A stretch of 64,000 nt of DNA from the NCBI GenBank assembly GCA_028534125.1, contig CM052818.1, positions 40,116,001-40,180,000 on the forward strand, written 5' to 3'. This document shows, one piece after another, positions 24,300 to 37,500 of this stretch. The notes under the pieces were generated by a model that had not been told where the DNA came from, did not search any database, and worked only from the letters and a program-made list of their open reading frames with translations. The first letter of the stretch is position 1. Each line of letters starts with the position of its first letter. The position numbers and the translations under genes were made by a program. The DNA comes from Lama glama. Its lineage: Eukaryota.

Positions 24300-25679
24300 C
24301 AATAGATCACTTGGATTATTACTCCAACCTTTATTTTTTAATGTTTTGCAACCAAAGATTTGACTGACCCACTTCAATAACCCTACCCCCACCAGGGCAA
24401 CCTCTAAAATTCCCTCTTATTATCCACTTTAAAAAACATCAATCAGGTTAACTCTATAAAAGCACAGTTAGGAGCATCTCTGAAACACAGATGTGCAGGC
24501 ACTTCTCCCAAGTCACATAGTCACTTAACTGGACACCTGGAACTGGGACCCAGGACTCTCAACTCCCAGGCCAGTTCCCTGCATGCGGTGTCTTTGCTCC
24601 AAAGCATAAGGTGAATCCACTCGGCACCTGGTACACATAGGGATGATGCCGAACAGAGGATTCCAGGAGAAAGCCCTTCTACATCAAAGAGATGCTGAGT
24701 GAGAACCAAGGGCAAATTTCTGATCACTGATGATGAAGCATGAGCTTACTTTCTAGAACACTCTATGATCCAGAGTTATACATTCCCCCAGGACTCTAGA
24801 TGGCCAAGGATTGCCTACTTGACCCAATTACTAACTTCACATATGAAAATCCAGAAGTTTGAGGATCATAGTTCTTTCCTAGGTCCTGCCTGGACCTCAG
24901 CAAATGGGGTGTGAAACTGGGGAGACTGAACTGAGACACAGTAAGAGAGAATTCATGACGCCACATTCTGTGACCTTAGGCCTAAGCAACTAAGATGGGC
25001 AGGATGTGCTCTGAGATCAAGGGACAGACAGGTCCCTTCCTGCAGGACTGTGGGTGAAGCAGACCATTTGCTACACCATTACCCACCACTGAGGGGCTTC
25101 TTTAGGCCTCCTGCCAGCAACCATGGCTCTGCTATAAGCATCTTAAGTTGCTACAGGGAATCTGGCTTTTTTTTTGTTTTCCCTTGACCTCACTCGCACT
25201 TTCCCAGTTTTCACCTTTCCATACAGTTTTAGCTCATATGTGGGAGAAGCATCTTGAGCCGTTTCCAACAGTTTGATTCTCTGGAGCGTAACTCAACTCA
25301 ACAGTGCTGGCTGAGAAGGCTCTGCGCTGGGGGCTCAGGGAAGCATGTGGAGCCCACTCTTGGGGCATCATGGGAACATGCCTGGAGGTCAGACTTCCCC
25401 AGCAGTTAAGTTTCCCCAGGATTCCAAACAGGACCAGAGGAGAAGTCCAACACTGCCTCAGAAGTCAGGAGGCTTGGGCTCCTTCGAGTCCAACCTCAGT
25501 CCACTGTCTCACTTTGAGCAAATCCTTGTTTTCTTCCCTGGAACTCATTTTCTACATTTTAAAAATAAGGAGATCCTGTGGCTCTTACTCTAACTCCGTA
25601 AGATTCTAAATCTTTGCACATTGTCTCCAGAGGACATTCTGAAAGAGGCTGATTCTCAATAGGCACGAAAAGGATCAGA

Positions 25680-26020
25680 ACAGAGGGACGTTTGCTGAAA
25701 TACTGACCATTACTCTTCAAGTGTGTCAAGGTCATGGACGACAAGAAGACACTAAGAAATTATCATAAATTTGAGGAGACCAATTTGTGGAGGGATGATG
25801 GTGGGATCCTGGAACAGAAAAGGGACATTGGTGGAAAAACTGGGTGAAGTCTCTAAGTCTGTAGTTAACGGCATTGTGTCCATGTCAATTTATTTGTTTT
25901 GATATTATGATTATGTAAGATGTCAGCATTAGAGGAAGCTGGGTGAAGAGAATGTGGGAACATTCTATAATGTCTTTGCAAATCTTCTTTAAATCAAAAA
26001 TTATCTCCATATAAAAAACA
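25680..26020 (+). mobile_element. Old L1 3' UTR fragment (L1MC/MD-type)
   Basis: CTCTTCAAGTGTGTCAAGGTCATG, GGATCCTGGAACAGAAAAGGGACATT and GGAAGCTGGGTGAAG blocks. Confidence 0.75.
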
Positions 26021-29000
26021 GAAAGATAATAAAATGCGACTATATATTTTCCCAGAGCGCAGGACTATAATAGTGAGACTATTTCTCAAGGCCAAGGTTC
26101 TTCTTTTCTCTTTCTATATGTTCCTTAGCACCTAGCATAGAGGTATACGGCAGGAAGTTCTCAAATTCTTATCAGAATCAAGTTGGCCAAAAATTATTCT
26201 CAACCAAATGTTAACCTGGGGCAGAGCAACCATATAATTGTGTCACTGTTTATAAGAACTGAGTTGCAACTTGCCATTGTGGTATTTCTACAACTAAAAC
26301 AGAACAAAACAAAAAAGTCCAGAAAAATGCCATTGTTTCCTGGCACCAAGGAAAAGAAATCTCTCCACGTCCAAGTCAGATAGCCAGACTGATTTAGGAA
26401 AATAAAAAGAAAAGAAAGAAAAAGGAACAACACAAAAGATCAAGTGGCTTTTTTTAACAAAACCATCAACGTTTCTATTTGGACTGAGCCAGGAGCTCCA
26501 GATAACAGTAACCACTAAAGAGAAAAAAAAAAAAAAGAACAGAAAACCCTTGGAGCTTTCAATTTGTTTTTCATAATAAATGAATTGCCCCCACCAAAAT
26601 GCAGCCTTGAAGAGTTAATTAAACAGCTGCCCCCATGGCTGATTCTGAGATGTCAGGAGGCCCACGACAGGCCGCTAAACAAATGGGGCAATAAAGGTGT
26701 GGGCTGTTTGGCTTGATTGAAGAGCTTGAGTTTTTCACCCCTTAGTCTCCAAACCATCTGGAAGTGAGTTCATGGAATGTGGGATGGCAGCCTCTCCGCT
26801 CTTATCTGCTGATAAGATTCTCAGCCTCAAACACGTGTACTCGAAAAGCAGGGAACACATATTTCAGACCTTAAACAACTTGCAAATCCTTCCTCTAAAG
26901 TTCACGTTGTGCTGTGGCATGGAGGGAAGTACCCTCATCTCACATGTCGTTCCCTCTGAATCTAGGGCTTCTGATGTTAAACCGAACAAAGACCATGAAG
27001 TTGATCTAAAGGAAAACTGTGCTTTGGTTTTGATTCATGAGTTTCACCTACTTTCTCTGAGTCTCTACGAACTTCAGGGTACAGAAGTGAGGCTTCTGAG
27101 AGTTGCCCTAAGATGAGGCTGCCATGCAAAGGATGTCTGAGCAGAAAATTTGAGGATACGGGCCAATGTCTTTCCACATTTACAACTGCTGTTCAAACTG
27201 AATCATAAAAAACAAAACATCTGAGGATGGCTTACAGCTTCCCTGACAGAGGGTTCAGGTGTCTGACAACAGAAAGGTCTGGCTACTGGGAGTGAAAGAA
27301 ATATGGAGATTGTTCTTTCTGTCTTTAAAGTCTAAAAATGAGAGGGAATAACAGTGTGTGTAGCTGCTGTGATGGGCATGTGTCTGGTGGGTGTGAGTGT
27401 AAAATTAAATTTAGACCAAACATAATAAGGAAAAAACAGGACTAGATGAGGCCAGCGACATCTTGGATGAGACATATGCACACACATACACACTTCACAC
27501 ACAAATAAGAGCTAAAGGGATGCGTAGCTTCAAAAAAGCTTTCAGAATTCTACCATTTAATCGTTGATTCAGTCCTCTGTTTTTGCGCTCCTAATGTGTT
27601 CCAGGCACTAAGTGGTCCCTACGAAAAGAAAGTCAGGTGATACATTTAAATCTTGCTCTCAAGGAGTGTGCAATCTACTGCAACAGACAGAGGAATCCCA
27701 CAATTATAGGACAGTGATAAGGGCCACAGTAAAAGCAAGTTCAGATTGCCCGGTGAGGCCAGCCATGGGTGGCAGTGAACAGAGAAAATATCTGTGTCAT
27801 TTGTTTTTCAAAATAGGAGATGTTTTTCCTATTCTTGGCTCATCGCATTTCAGACTGATCTTTAAACTCAAAGAAATATTAAGGCTTTAATATTTGCTTG
27901 TGGAGCCGGAAAAATACAATAGCACACTTGATCAAAATGTTTCTTCTCTCTAGTCTCAAAAATCTTGAGCTTAAACTGTTTGTGTGACTAGTAAAATTAT
28001 TTTTAGAAGAACGGAAAAGTCACCATTTAATTTTGTTGACTCATTCAGATGTTTTTTAAAGCACCTATTCTGTGCCAAGTGCTGAGCCCAAGCTAGAGAG
28101 TTCGGCCCTATTGTCGTAATTCTTCCCAAAGGCGCCACTCTGGTGTTAGTTTCTTATAAAACTTCATTGGTTTTATAGTGAAAAAGTGATCCCGTTTCCC
28201 TTTCTTGACGAAAAGCAAAGTGATCACTTTATCTACACAATCTCGCTGGAGTCAGAGGAATTGTCTAAAGGCATTATAACCAGTTGCAAAGCAGCACAAA
28301 GATAATGATGGTCTTTTGGACAAGATGATTTCAAACATCTTGGCTCTAGTCGAACCAAACAATTGAGTTCTTGTATGCATAGCTGTGACAGTAATACAAT
28401 GCTGTTGTGAAACTAACACGAGGCAAATCAGCGGGCAAACAGAACAGCCGTGACAGATCAGCTGTGATAAACTTTTTTGAAATTAACAGATCCCTTGAAA
28501 ATATCACAGCTCTTTAAGGGCCTCCATGTTTGTGCTCACACATGGACCCCAACTAACTTTGTCCTTTGAATTTATAATTTTTTATATCGTATTCTTAAAA
28601 TACCTTCAACATGCCACAAATGGATATTCTAAGCTCCCTCTACAGCTCTTCAAATAGGAACTGTCTTGATGTTACCAGTTGTGTGCCCGGGTTTAGTTTC
28701 TCTGGCTAAGTGAGGAACAGGCTTCTGCTCCCAGAGGTCAAGCATTATCTTGATTTAGCAGGTTGGGCCCCTGAATCACTGCTATGCTCAGTAGCAAAGA
28801 ATGCAGGCTGAGAAGGATTAATTACCAAAGCCAGTAATCCTGACTCCAACCTCCAAAAATATGGGGAAGTCCAAAAAAAATCTTGAAAGTGATTTGCAAC
28901 CTTTTGTTCAAATCAGCCTCATGAGTAATGCCGCTCTGACACCTCTTACCCATGTAAACATAATTATCACAGACACATCAGATATGCTTTCGGAACCTTC

Positions 29001-29489
29001 TCCTTTTCACCCCAAGGCTCAATTTTCCCTCCTCTGAAGGGAGATCAACAAAGTTGTAATAGTAGCTTCTTCCTCGGTCTTTCTAGTGAAACAAATATCC
29101 TCAAAGGGTAAGGATGCCAGTAGCCAGTTTTATGACAACTTGTGTGACTCCCACGGGCGTGGGCAAAAAATTAACTACGAACTTTGGTCTCAAGCCCAGG
29201 GGACTTAGGTTCTCTTAGCAAAATCGGGTAAGTCAGGCCAAACTCTGTAATTCCTGTCATTTCACATCAGCAAAATCTCAGTTTACTAGGAAGTAACTAG
29301 AGAGGAAATTTCTGGTTGACCATTAAAACTCCTAACAGGTACCACTTTCATTTACTTTGATCTGGGCTCAGTCAGCTCAGATTTCACCACAAGATCACAT
29401 GTCTGCTGTATCACAGGAGTAATTCTATGAATGAAAATATTTACAGCTGAGGTTATTCATCTATTGAACGTAAATAAAAGGCATCATTG

Positions 29490-29565
29490 ATATATATATA
29501 TATATATATAAAAAATACACACATATCTATATATCTATATCTGTATATATATATATCTATACATA
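29490..29565. repeat. (TA)n/(TATATC)-type low-complexity tract
   Basis: Directly visible. Confidence 0.9.
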
Positions 29566-30589
29566 AAAAACCATGCCATCTGCCAGAGTATGATATTGCC
29601 TAAGTAAGGGTCTCCTAGGCTCAGAATGCTAAAAGTACCTTAATACATCCCCTCCATCAATAAAAGTTCCATACGATTACAGGGAAAGTTAACAGGAAAT
29701 GAGGAAAAAACAGCATCTCACAATAAATGGCACAAAAAAGTTTTATGTAAAATTTGGAACCTAATATCATATGCTAATGTCTAGACATAAATACAATTAA
29801 AATCCAAATAACTAAGAAGAAAATGTGTTAAAACAGCTGATATAGCAAGAAATGCAATCTCCAAGGGAGGTTAAACCCCAAAGTTTATTACACACATGTA
29901 CTCATTATGTGTCACATGGGGCATTCTTTTTCTTCACAACAAACCCCCAGGGATTTTTTAAAATAATATTGTACCAAAGGAAGGGATTAATGGACTGCAG
30001 ATTTGAAAATTTACATTCATATCCACTGGGTTGGTCTAGCTCAAGGTTTGGAGGGAGGTACATCCTGAGACTTGATAGCAAAGAAGGTGATTCTAATAGC
30101 TGCATACTTGCTTTGCTGGTTCTGTAAAGGTGTCTGGAAAATAACATTGAATGATTGTTATTGCGAGTACAGGTTTCTTCTTTGAGCCAGCGTCTACATA
30201 CTTAAGATTACATTTTTACTTATCGTTCCTTTGGACAAGATAAAGAAGGGAGGCAGGTTTTTTCCCATAACTCCAAGGGAAGGGGAATCAGAGCAGAGAG
30301 GGTAGTGGGAGGTATGTCAGGTCAGCTGGCTCTTAAGTGTTGTGCTCAAAGATCAATGTTCCCTAAACATGTGGGGAGGGGTTTTGTTACAGGATCACCT
30401 GGAGCTGGAACTCTCCCATGAACTTACATTCTCCAACACCTTCATTATCCTTCCAAGAGAGTCCCACTGATCTTAGGATTGTGTTCAAAGCCTTAACCAT
30501 TTATTAGAGGACTTTAGCTCTAGCTAAGCACTGCATCCTCCTCCTCCCTCATGACTCATTTCTACACTTCTATCTTCTTGCTTTCCACA

Positions 30590-31000
30590 AAACATGAATT
30601 CATGCATGTGCTTGGTCAGAACTTTTCAAATGCCAATTACTTGACAGGACTGATACTGGCCTTGGGGATAAAACAAGAAATAAAACAAGTCTCTTCTCTT
30701 AAGGAGCCTATATTGGGGGAAGGGCACATTGAAAGACAATAAACACATAAACTAATAAGTAAGTGAGTGATATTTAAGTGGCAATAAGTGGCAGACAGAG
30801 CTAAGAGGGGCTTTCCACAAAAAGGCAGAGGGGAACTCTCTAACTACAATGGTCAGAAAGGCCTCTTTATGGATGCAACTTCTAAGCAAAATCTTTATCC
30901 AAACAGAAAGAATAGCAAGTGCAAAGGCCCTGAGGTAGAAGTAACGTTATCTTGCCTAGGGCACAGAAAGAAGTCCAATTTGGCTGAAAGGATTAAGATG
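30590..31000 (-). mobile_element. L2 fragment
   Basis: GCCTTGGGGATAAAACAAG...TCTCTTCTCTTAAGGAGCCTATATT...AATAGCAAGTGCAAAGGCCCTGAGGTAG. Confidence 0.8.
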
Positions 31001-34000
31001 TTTGAAACAATGGTGGCTGTGGGCAGAATTCTAAGACAGCCCCCAAGGCAAGATTTCTCACAGAAAGTAACACTTTCCACTGTATTACATCATATTCATT
31101 CTCTTCTAGTCCCTGATGTATGAGAGAAAGAAAGTCTATCTGGAAGTTTTTCCACACATCCAAATATATTTAATTTATTTCTGATTGTTTCTTTCTTTTT
31201 TTTTTCTTCTCCTGTTTCAAAAATGCATACAGGTTTGTGTTTCTTTTAATGAGATTTAGTTCTTCCCTCCCTTTTTGTACTTCCTAAGTGGGCAATAATT
31301 CACAGGCTGAGTCTGAGAATGGGTTAATCCCTCTGCAGTCCGGGTAGAGCTGAGTTTCCGCCCTTGGTTCAAATGTTAAGTGAACCTGCATAACCAGCTT
31401 CAGGTGCAGTTTAATCTCTAGGCCACTGTTTATTTGTCAGAGGCCTTGCTGTGCACTCCTGTAGGTCAAAAGGCACAGAAATGAGAGGTGGCAGAGAGGT
31501 CAGACCCTGGGGAACTGTGGAAACAGCCAGGGCTCCAGTAGGCTTGGCCATTAGCTCCCTGTGTGGCCTGGCCCAGGCCCCAAAGCTCCTAAGCTTCAGT
31601 TTCTACTTTGGTACATGAGGGCCATGGCCCAGAGACTCCCTGAAGACCTCTACCTCCCCCACCCCAACCCTGACATCTTACCTAGGAGATAGTAAACTCT
31701 GGGGAGGGCGGCCAATCCCATTTATAGAAACAACTACTCCGGGCTTGATCTCACTGTATTTCCTGAAGAGCAGTTCTTAATATTTGTTGAATATTTATTG
31801 GGGGAAGGTCTTTGTTAATTACCTTAATACACTGTCACATTTAATCTTCACACAACCCTGTGGAATATTTACTCCTATTTTGCTAAATTTTAGATGATAA
31901 AATTAAGACTGAGTGAAGTAAGGAATTTCCTCCAATCACATAATTGGAAAGCAGCAAAGCTAGATTACTTGTTTTTGGACACACCATATTTCAGAGTTAC
32001 AGCTGTATCCACGCTGCTAACATATAAGTTAAAAGCAATCTTCAACTACCCAAGGATCTTAAAATAATGTAAATGGCACAGATGTAATCCCAACCTGTAC
32101 CAAACACTACACTAGGTCTTTACATAGTTTTCACTGCAAAGTATATACTTCTATTTCTCATTTCTTATTAAAGAAACTAGGACACAGAGAGTTTAAGTAA
32201 TTTGCCCGAAGTCTCACATCAAAACTGTGATGAGGCGGGGCTGCTGGTTGGTCTGGCTGTAAGCATCATTCTCTTCCACGGCATCCTGTGGCTCCTACTT
32301 GACAGAGATAACAGGGGAATGGGCCCATTATGTTATACAGCAAGGCAAAGACATGGTAGGCAGGGTATGAAGGACACAGAGCATAGGGCAGAGCAAAGCG
32401 ATGATTCTTATGGTGAAGAAAAATGAAAATGAGAGAGGAAAACAATCTTCCGATAAGAGGCATCAGCAGGAGGTGTGCAGGGTGCAGTAAGCAGAGTGGG
32501 CTTTCTGGGCAGAGAAGAAAGAATAAGCTTGTACCAAGGCCAGGCTCAGAGTCTGACTCTCTCCCACTGCCACACCCAAAGCAAAGCCCCCACCACACTC
32601 CCCATACATCCAGCTCGAGAGACTGGGTTATCAAAAAGGAAAATGAAACAAAGAAAAATGAGCTCTCTTGATGCCCTTTCTGATAAGTAATCTTTTACAC
32701 ACTTGACCCAGCACAGTCAAAACTACAAGTCCTATCAGGAAAGGAGAGATGGTCCAGACCCACTCCTAGAAAAGCCTTGGTCCTTGTTCAGTGCAAACTT
32801 GGCAACTACACGTGGGAAAAAAGACACATTCACAAGATTCTTGTCCCTAGAAGTGTGCTCTAGGTCTCTGCTGTGTGGCTACTCTGCTGGGAGAATTTGC
32901 CAGAATTCTTTACAAAGAGCAATTATTATCCTATAACTTAAAATTCAGCTCTTCTGTGGAGGGTGAGGAAGGGAATACACTTCACTACTGAGATCCAGGC
33001 AGTTTATTTAAATAGGAAGGCAGATGGATTAGCAAGACTTATGACAAAGTATTTTATGACTGCTATAAATCAGTAATAAGCATTTTGTTATTTAATTAGG
33101 ATGCTATCACATATTCTGTTCAACAACTGTTCTCAATGGGGCATTATATTTATTTAGAAGAATAATTAATAAATGACTTGTAATGTGTAAAAACAACAAC
33201 TACTACAATGTCCCTCATTCTGAGGCACTTCACTTAAATCTGGTCTTTATGCTGGGATTTTTCGTACTTAATTAGAACAAAAGGTATTATCAGGTGGTTT
33301 TGACCATTAGTACCCACTCAATTTGTACTGATTCGACATACCCCGTTAAATACCCAAAGAAGACAGGAACAGCATGCCAACCCCCTTCTTAGATAGGTCC
33401 AGTACCTTCCTCAAAGCTCTTAATCGTGATACATGCCATCTGGCACTTGGCACCACAAAGACTAGGAACATAAACAGTAGTTACTGAGGGAGTTCCTGCA
33501 GGCCCCAGGTTTCTGTTTTCTGCCAAAGGCCCTCTATGCTAGGATGCTGGGGTGCAACTGTCTCCTCTCCTTCTTTTTTTTTCCCTTCCTCATCTACCTT
33601 CTCCAAATCCACTGCCACAGCCTGTCTCTCCTAGATTTCTCACTCTCTGGCTCTCCTCTTAAGACTCTGATCCAGGTCATTCCAATCTGCCCTGATTGCC
33701 CAACTGCCCCTGGAAAGATTGGATGTTAACATAACAATGTGTTTGGGTCTTTGGCAAAATAGCCAAGTCCACCAAAATTTCACCTTTCACCTGGGATTGA
33801 AACAAAAGCATCTTTTATTGTTCTAAAATAAAAGAGAGTAAGAGGAAGCACAAGATGTAAAAAGGAATCACATTTCCTTATTTTGAGATTAGAGTCTTCC
33901 CAGGGAATAATCTTTGATGGTGGCAGTTGATAAAAGGAATGAAATAAATCACACAGGAACAAAGTGCTTCACAAGGGGAGTAGGGATAAAGAAGTAGGAA

Positions 34001-34049
34001 AAAAAAACACACAGAAGAGGAGGGAAACTAAGAACAACTGCCAATTTGA

Positions 34050-34480
34050 TAGACGGCAATTACATTTTATTTTTGGTTTAATTTGATGCTTTTTTTCATA
34101 TAATAAGACTGAAGTTTTCACATTTCTTATCTATTTGTATTTCTTCTTTTATAAACTATCTATGGATATTACATGTGCATTTTTACTGTAGTTTTCATGT
34201 TCTTCTTATGATTTATAATAGTTTAATTTATGAAATTTTAAAAAAGGGCCATATTTTGCAGTTTTTCCAACAGTAAATTAAAAAAGTTGTTTACAGTATT
34301 TTATCTCAATATTAAACTTTTTATACACTGAAATCTTTGGATAGTTCCTTAATTCTTTTTGCCTTTATTTAGAAAGGTTCTTCTCCTTAAAAGAACATCT
34401 AAATCTTCCCTTGTATTTTCTTTTATGTTTTATTTTTATATTTATATATTTAGTCATTTAGTAATTCTCATTTTGAAGTA
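34050..34480 (-). mobile_element. Very old L1 (L1ME-type) fragment
   Basis: T-rich antisense ORF2-end blocks such as ATTTGTATTTCTTCTTTTATAAACT. Confidence 0.5.
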
Positions 34481-34547
34481 GTACCTAGCACCTAAAGGTC
34501 ACAGATTTCTCTCCTAATGTAATGCAGAGCCTCATGAGTTAATGCAG

Positions 34548-37500
34548 ATATGACATCATCAACATGGAGAAATAAGAGTTTTCTACCATCATCCCCAGAA
34601 GAAAAACGATTCTGATGATTACCCACAGAAAAGACGACCTTTGTGGAAGTCCATGAATCCAGAAGAGACGTTTCAGCACAGTATTGGAGAAAAAAAAATT
34701 CTAAGATTGGATGCACTGAAGATAATAAGAGGAACATTTTCACTTTGTCCCCATCACCCGTTCCCCAAAGTGGCCCTGCTCAGTGCCAAGAGAGACCTTT
34801 CTCAGCCCATGATTTCTCCCCTTAGGGAAAGTGGAGTGTGTGACTGAGCTCCTGTATTCCCCAGCTTTGGGAAATAGGAGACCCATTTCTTTCTTCCTGC
34901 TTACAGAATACTGAATTGTGAGCTATAAGACTGCAGGACAGTGAACAGCTGGGAGAACAGAAGTCAGGGCTCAGAAAGGAAATTATCAAAAGGATGCATA
35001 TCCTACTAACTGCTTTGCATACCTCATCATGAAGTCCATCCTTGAGCTTCTGGGACACCTTGACTGTGGGGACTGACCCATGTGCACCCCTAATGGTATG
35101 CATGCTTCACCCCCACACACTCCACACATGGCCATCTCTCTGTTTATGCTTCAGAGGATAGTAAGTATAAGTCTGCAAATGACAGTGAGCATGTACAGGA
35201 AGATGTCCCAACTCTGCAGGTTTGCAGAAAAAGCAAACAAAGCTAACCATTCAATACTGGCCTAGGAAAAACAAAAGGAAGAATATCAGCACCCAGCCCG
35301 GTGCTTTGCAGGCATATAATCTTAAGAATCCCCCTTGAGGGAATAAGAAGTGTGGAGCAGGTGCATACACAGAAAAGATCTGAGAAAACCTCAGAATTCC
35401 TAACAAGGCTGAAGTAAAGTATTTCTCTTCCAAAGTGAGTCAGTAAAGACTGGAGGAGGTGAATGCTTCTTCACACGTGAAGATAGCAATTCAGGACTTC
35501 AAGAAACATGAAAAATCAAAGAGACATGACATCAAAAAAGGAAACAATAACTTTCTGGTAACCCCAAAGAAATGGAGATCTATAATTTGCCCAATAAGGA
35601 ATTCAAAATAGTTGTTTTAAGGAAGCTCAATGATCTACAAGAATACATGAAGAGAATTCAATAAAATCAGAAAAACAATGCATGGACAAAATAAGAAGTT
35701 TAACAGAGAGGTGGAAGTCATAAAAAAGAACCAAACAAATTTTGAAGCTGAAGAATACAATAAATGAAATGAAAAATTCAACAGAGTGCATGAACAACAG
35801 ACTGGATAAGACAGAAGAAAGAATCTGTGAAGTAGAAGACAGATCATTTGAAATTATCTAGTCAGATGTGAATGACAAAAAGGACAAAATAAAGAAAGCC
35901 TATGTAAAATTATGGTTTATAATTAAGATTAATAGTCTATGCATTACTGGAGTCTCAGAAGGAGAACAGAGGGAGAAAGGGGAATAAAACTTATTAAAGA
36001 AATAATGTCTGAGAATTTCTCAGATTTGGGAATTTTATGAAGCTTATAAATCCCTACATAATTTCAAACCCAAATGATCTTCTCAAAGACATATTATTAC
36101 AAAACTGTCTATAATCAAAGACAGAGAAATAATTTTAAAAGCATCAAGGGGAAAAAAAGTCCTCACATACAGGGGAATCCCCTTAAGGCTATCAGCAGAT
36201 TTCTCAGCAGAAATATTGTAGGCTAAGAGACAGTGGGATGACATATTCCAAGAGCTAGGAAGAAAAAAAAATTGCTAACCAAAATTACTTTATTGGACAG
36301 AATTATTATAATGAAGGATAGATAAAAACTTTCCCTAACAAAAGTGGAGGGAGTTCAACACCACTAGATCTACCATACAAGAAATGCTGAAAGGAGTTCT
36401 TAAAGCTGAAATAAAAGGACACTAATTAGTAACATGAAAACCTAGGAAAGTATAAAACACACTGGTAAAGGTAAGTAAATAGTCAAGTTTAGAATACTCT
36501 AATACTGTCATATGGTGGTGTGTTAATCATTTAACTCTAAAGTTTAAAGGAAAAATATTAAAAGTAACTATATCTACAATAATTTGTCAATGGATATACA
36601 ACATAAAAGCTGTAAATTATGTAAATTATAAATTAAAAAACATAATGTGGGGAGGGAGTAAAAGGGTAGAGTTTTGGTATGCAATCAAAGTTAAGTTGTT
36701 TTCAGCTTAAAAGAGACTGTTATATCGATAAGATGTTTCATGTAACCATAATTAAAAACCTATAATAGACACACAAAGGTAAATAGAAAGGAATTAAAGC
36801 ATTCCACTCCAGAAAAATCATCAGTTCACAAAGGAAGACATCAAGAGAGGAAGAAATGAACAAAATAGTCAGAAAACAATACGATGGCATTAGTAAGTCC
36901 TTACCTAACAATGGTTACTTTAAATATAAGTGGACTAATTTCTCCAAACAAAAGGCATAGAGTGACTGAATGGATAAAAAAACAACAAAACAAATAAAGA
37001 TTTAACTGTATGTTTGCCTACAAAGTTCACTTCAGCTTCAAGGACACAATGTAGGCTCAAACTGAAGGGATAGAAAAAGATATTCAACACAAGTAGAAAC
37101 CAAAAGAGGCCAAAGGTAGCTTTACTTATATCAGACAAAATAGACTTTAAGACAAAAACTGTAACAAGAGATAAAGAAGGCCATTATATAATGTTAAAGG
37201 TGTCAATTCATCAAGAAAATGCAATAATTTATATGCATAGAATATCAGAACAACTAAATATATAAAGTAAATACTAGTGGATCTGAAGGGAGAAAAAGAC
37301 AACAAAATACAATAATAGGAGGAGAATTCAATATCCCACTTTCGACAATGGATATATCATCCAGAAAGAAATCAATAAGGTCCATTGGACCTGAATTATA
37401 TTTTAGACCAAATGAACCTAACATTCAAACACAGAACATCCCATCCAACAGCAACAAAATACACATTATTCTTAAATGTAAATGGTATATTCTTCAGGAT

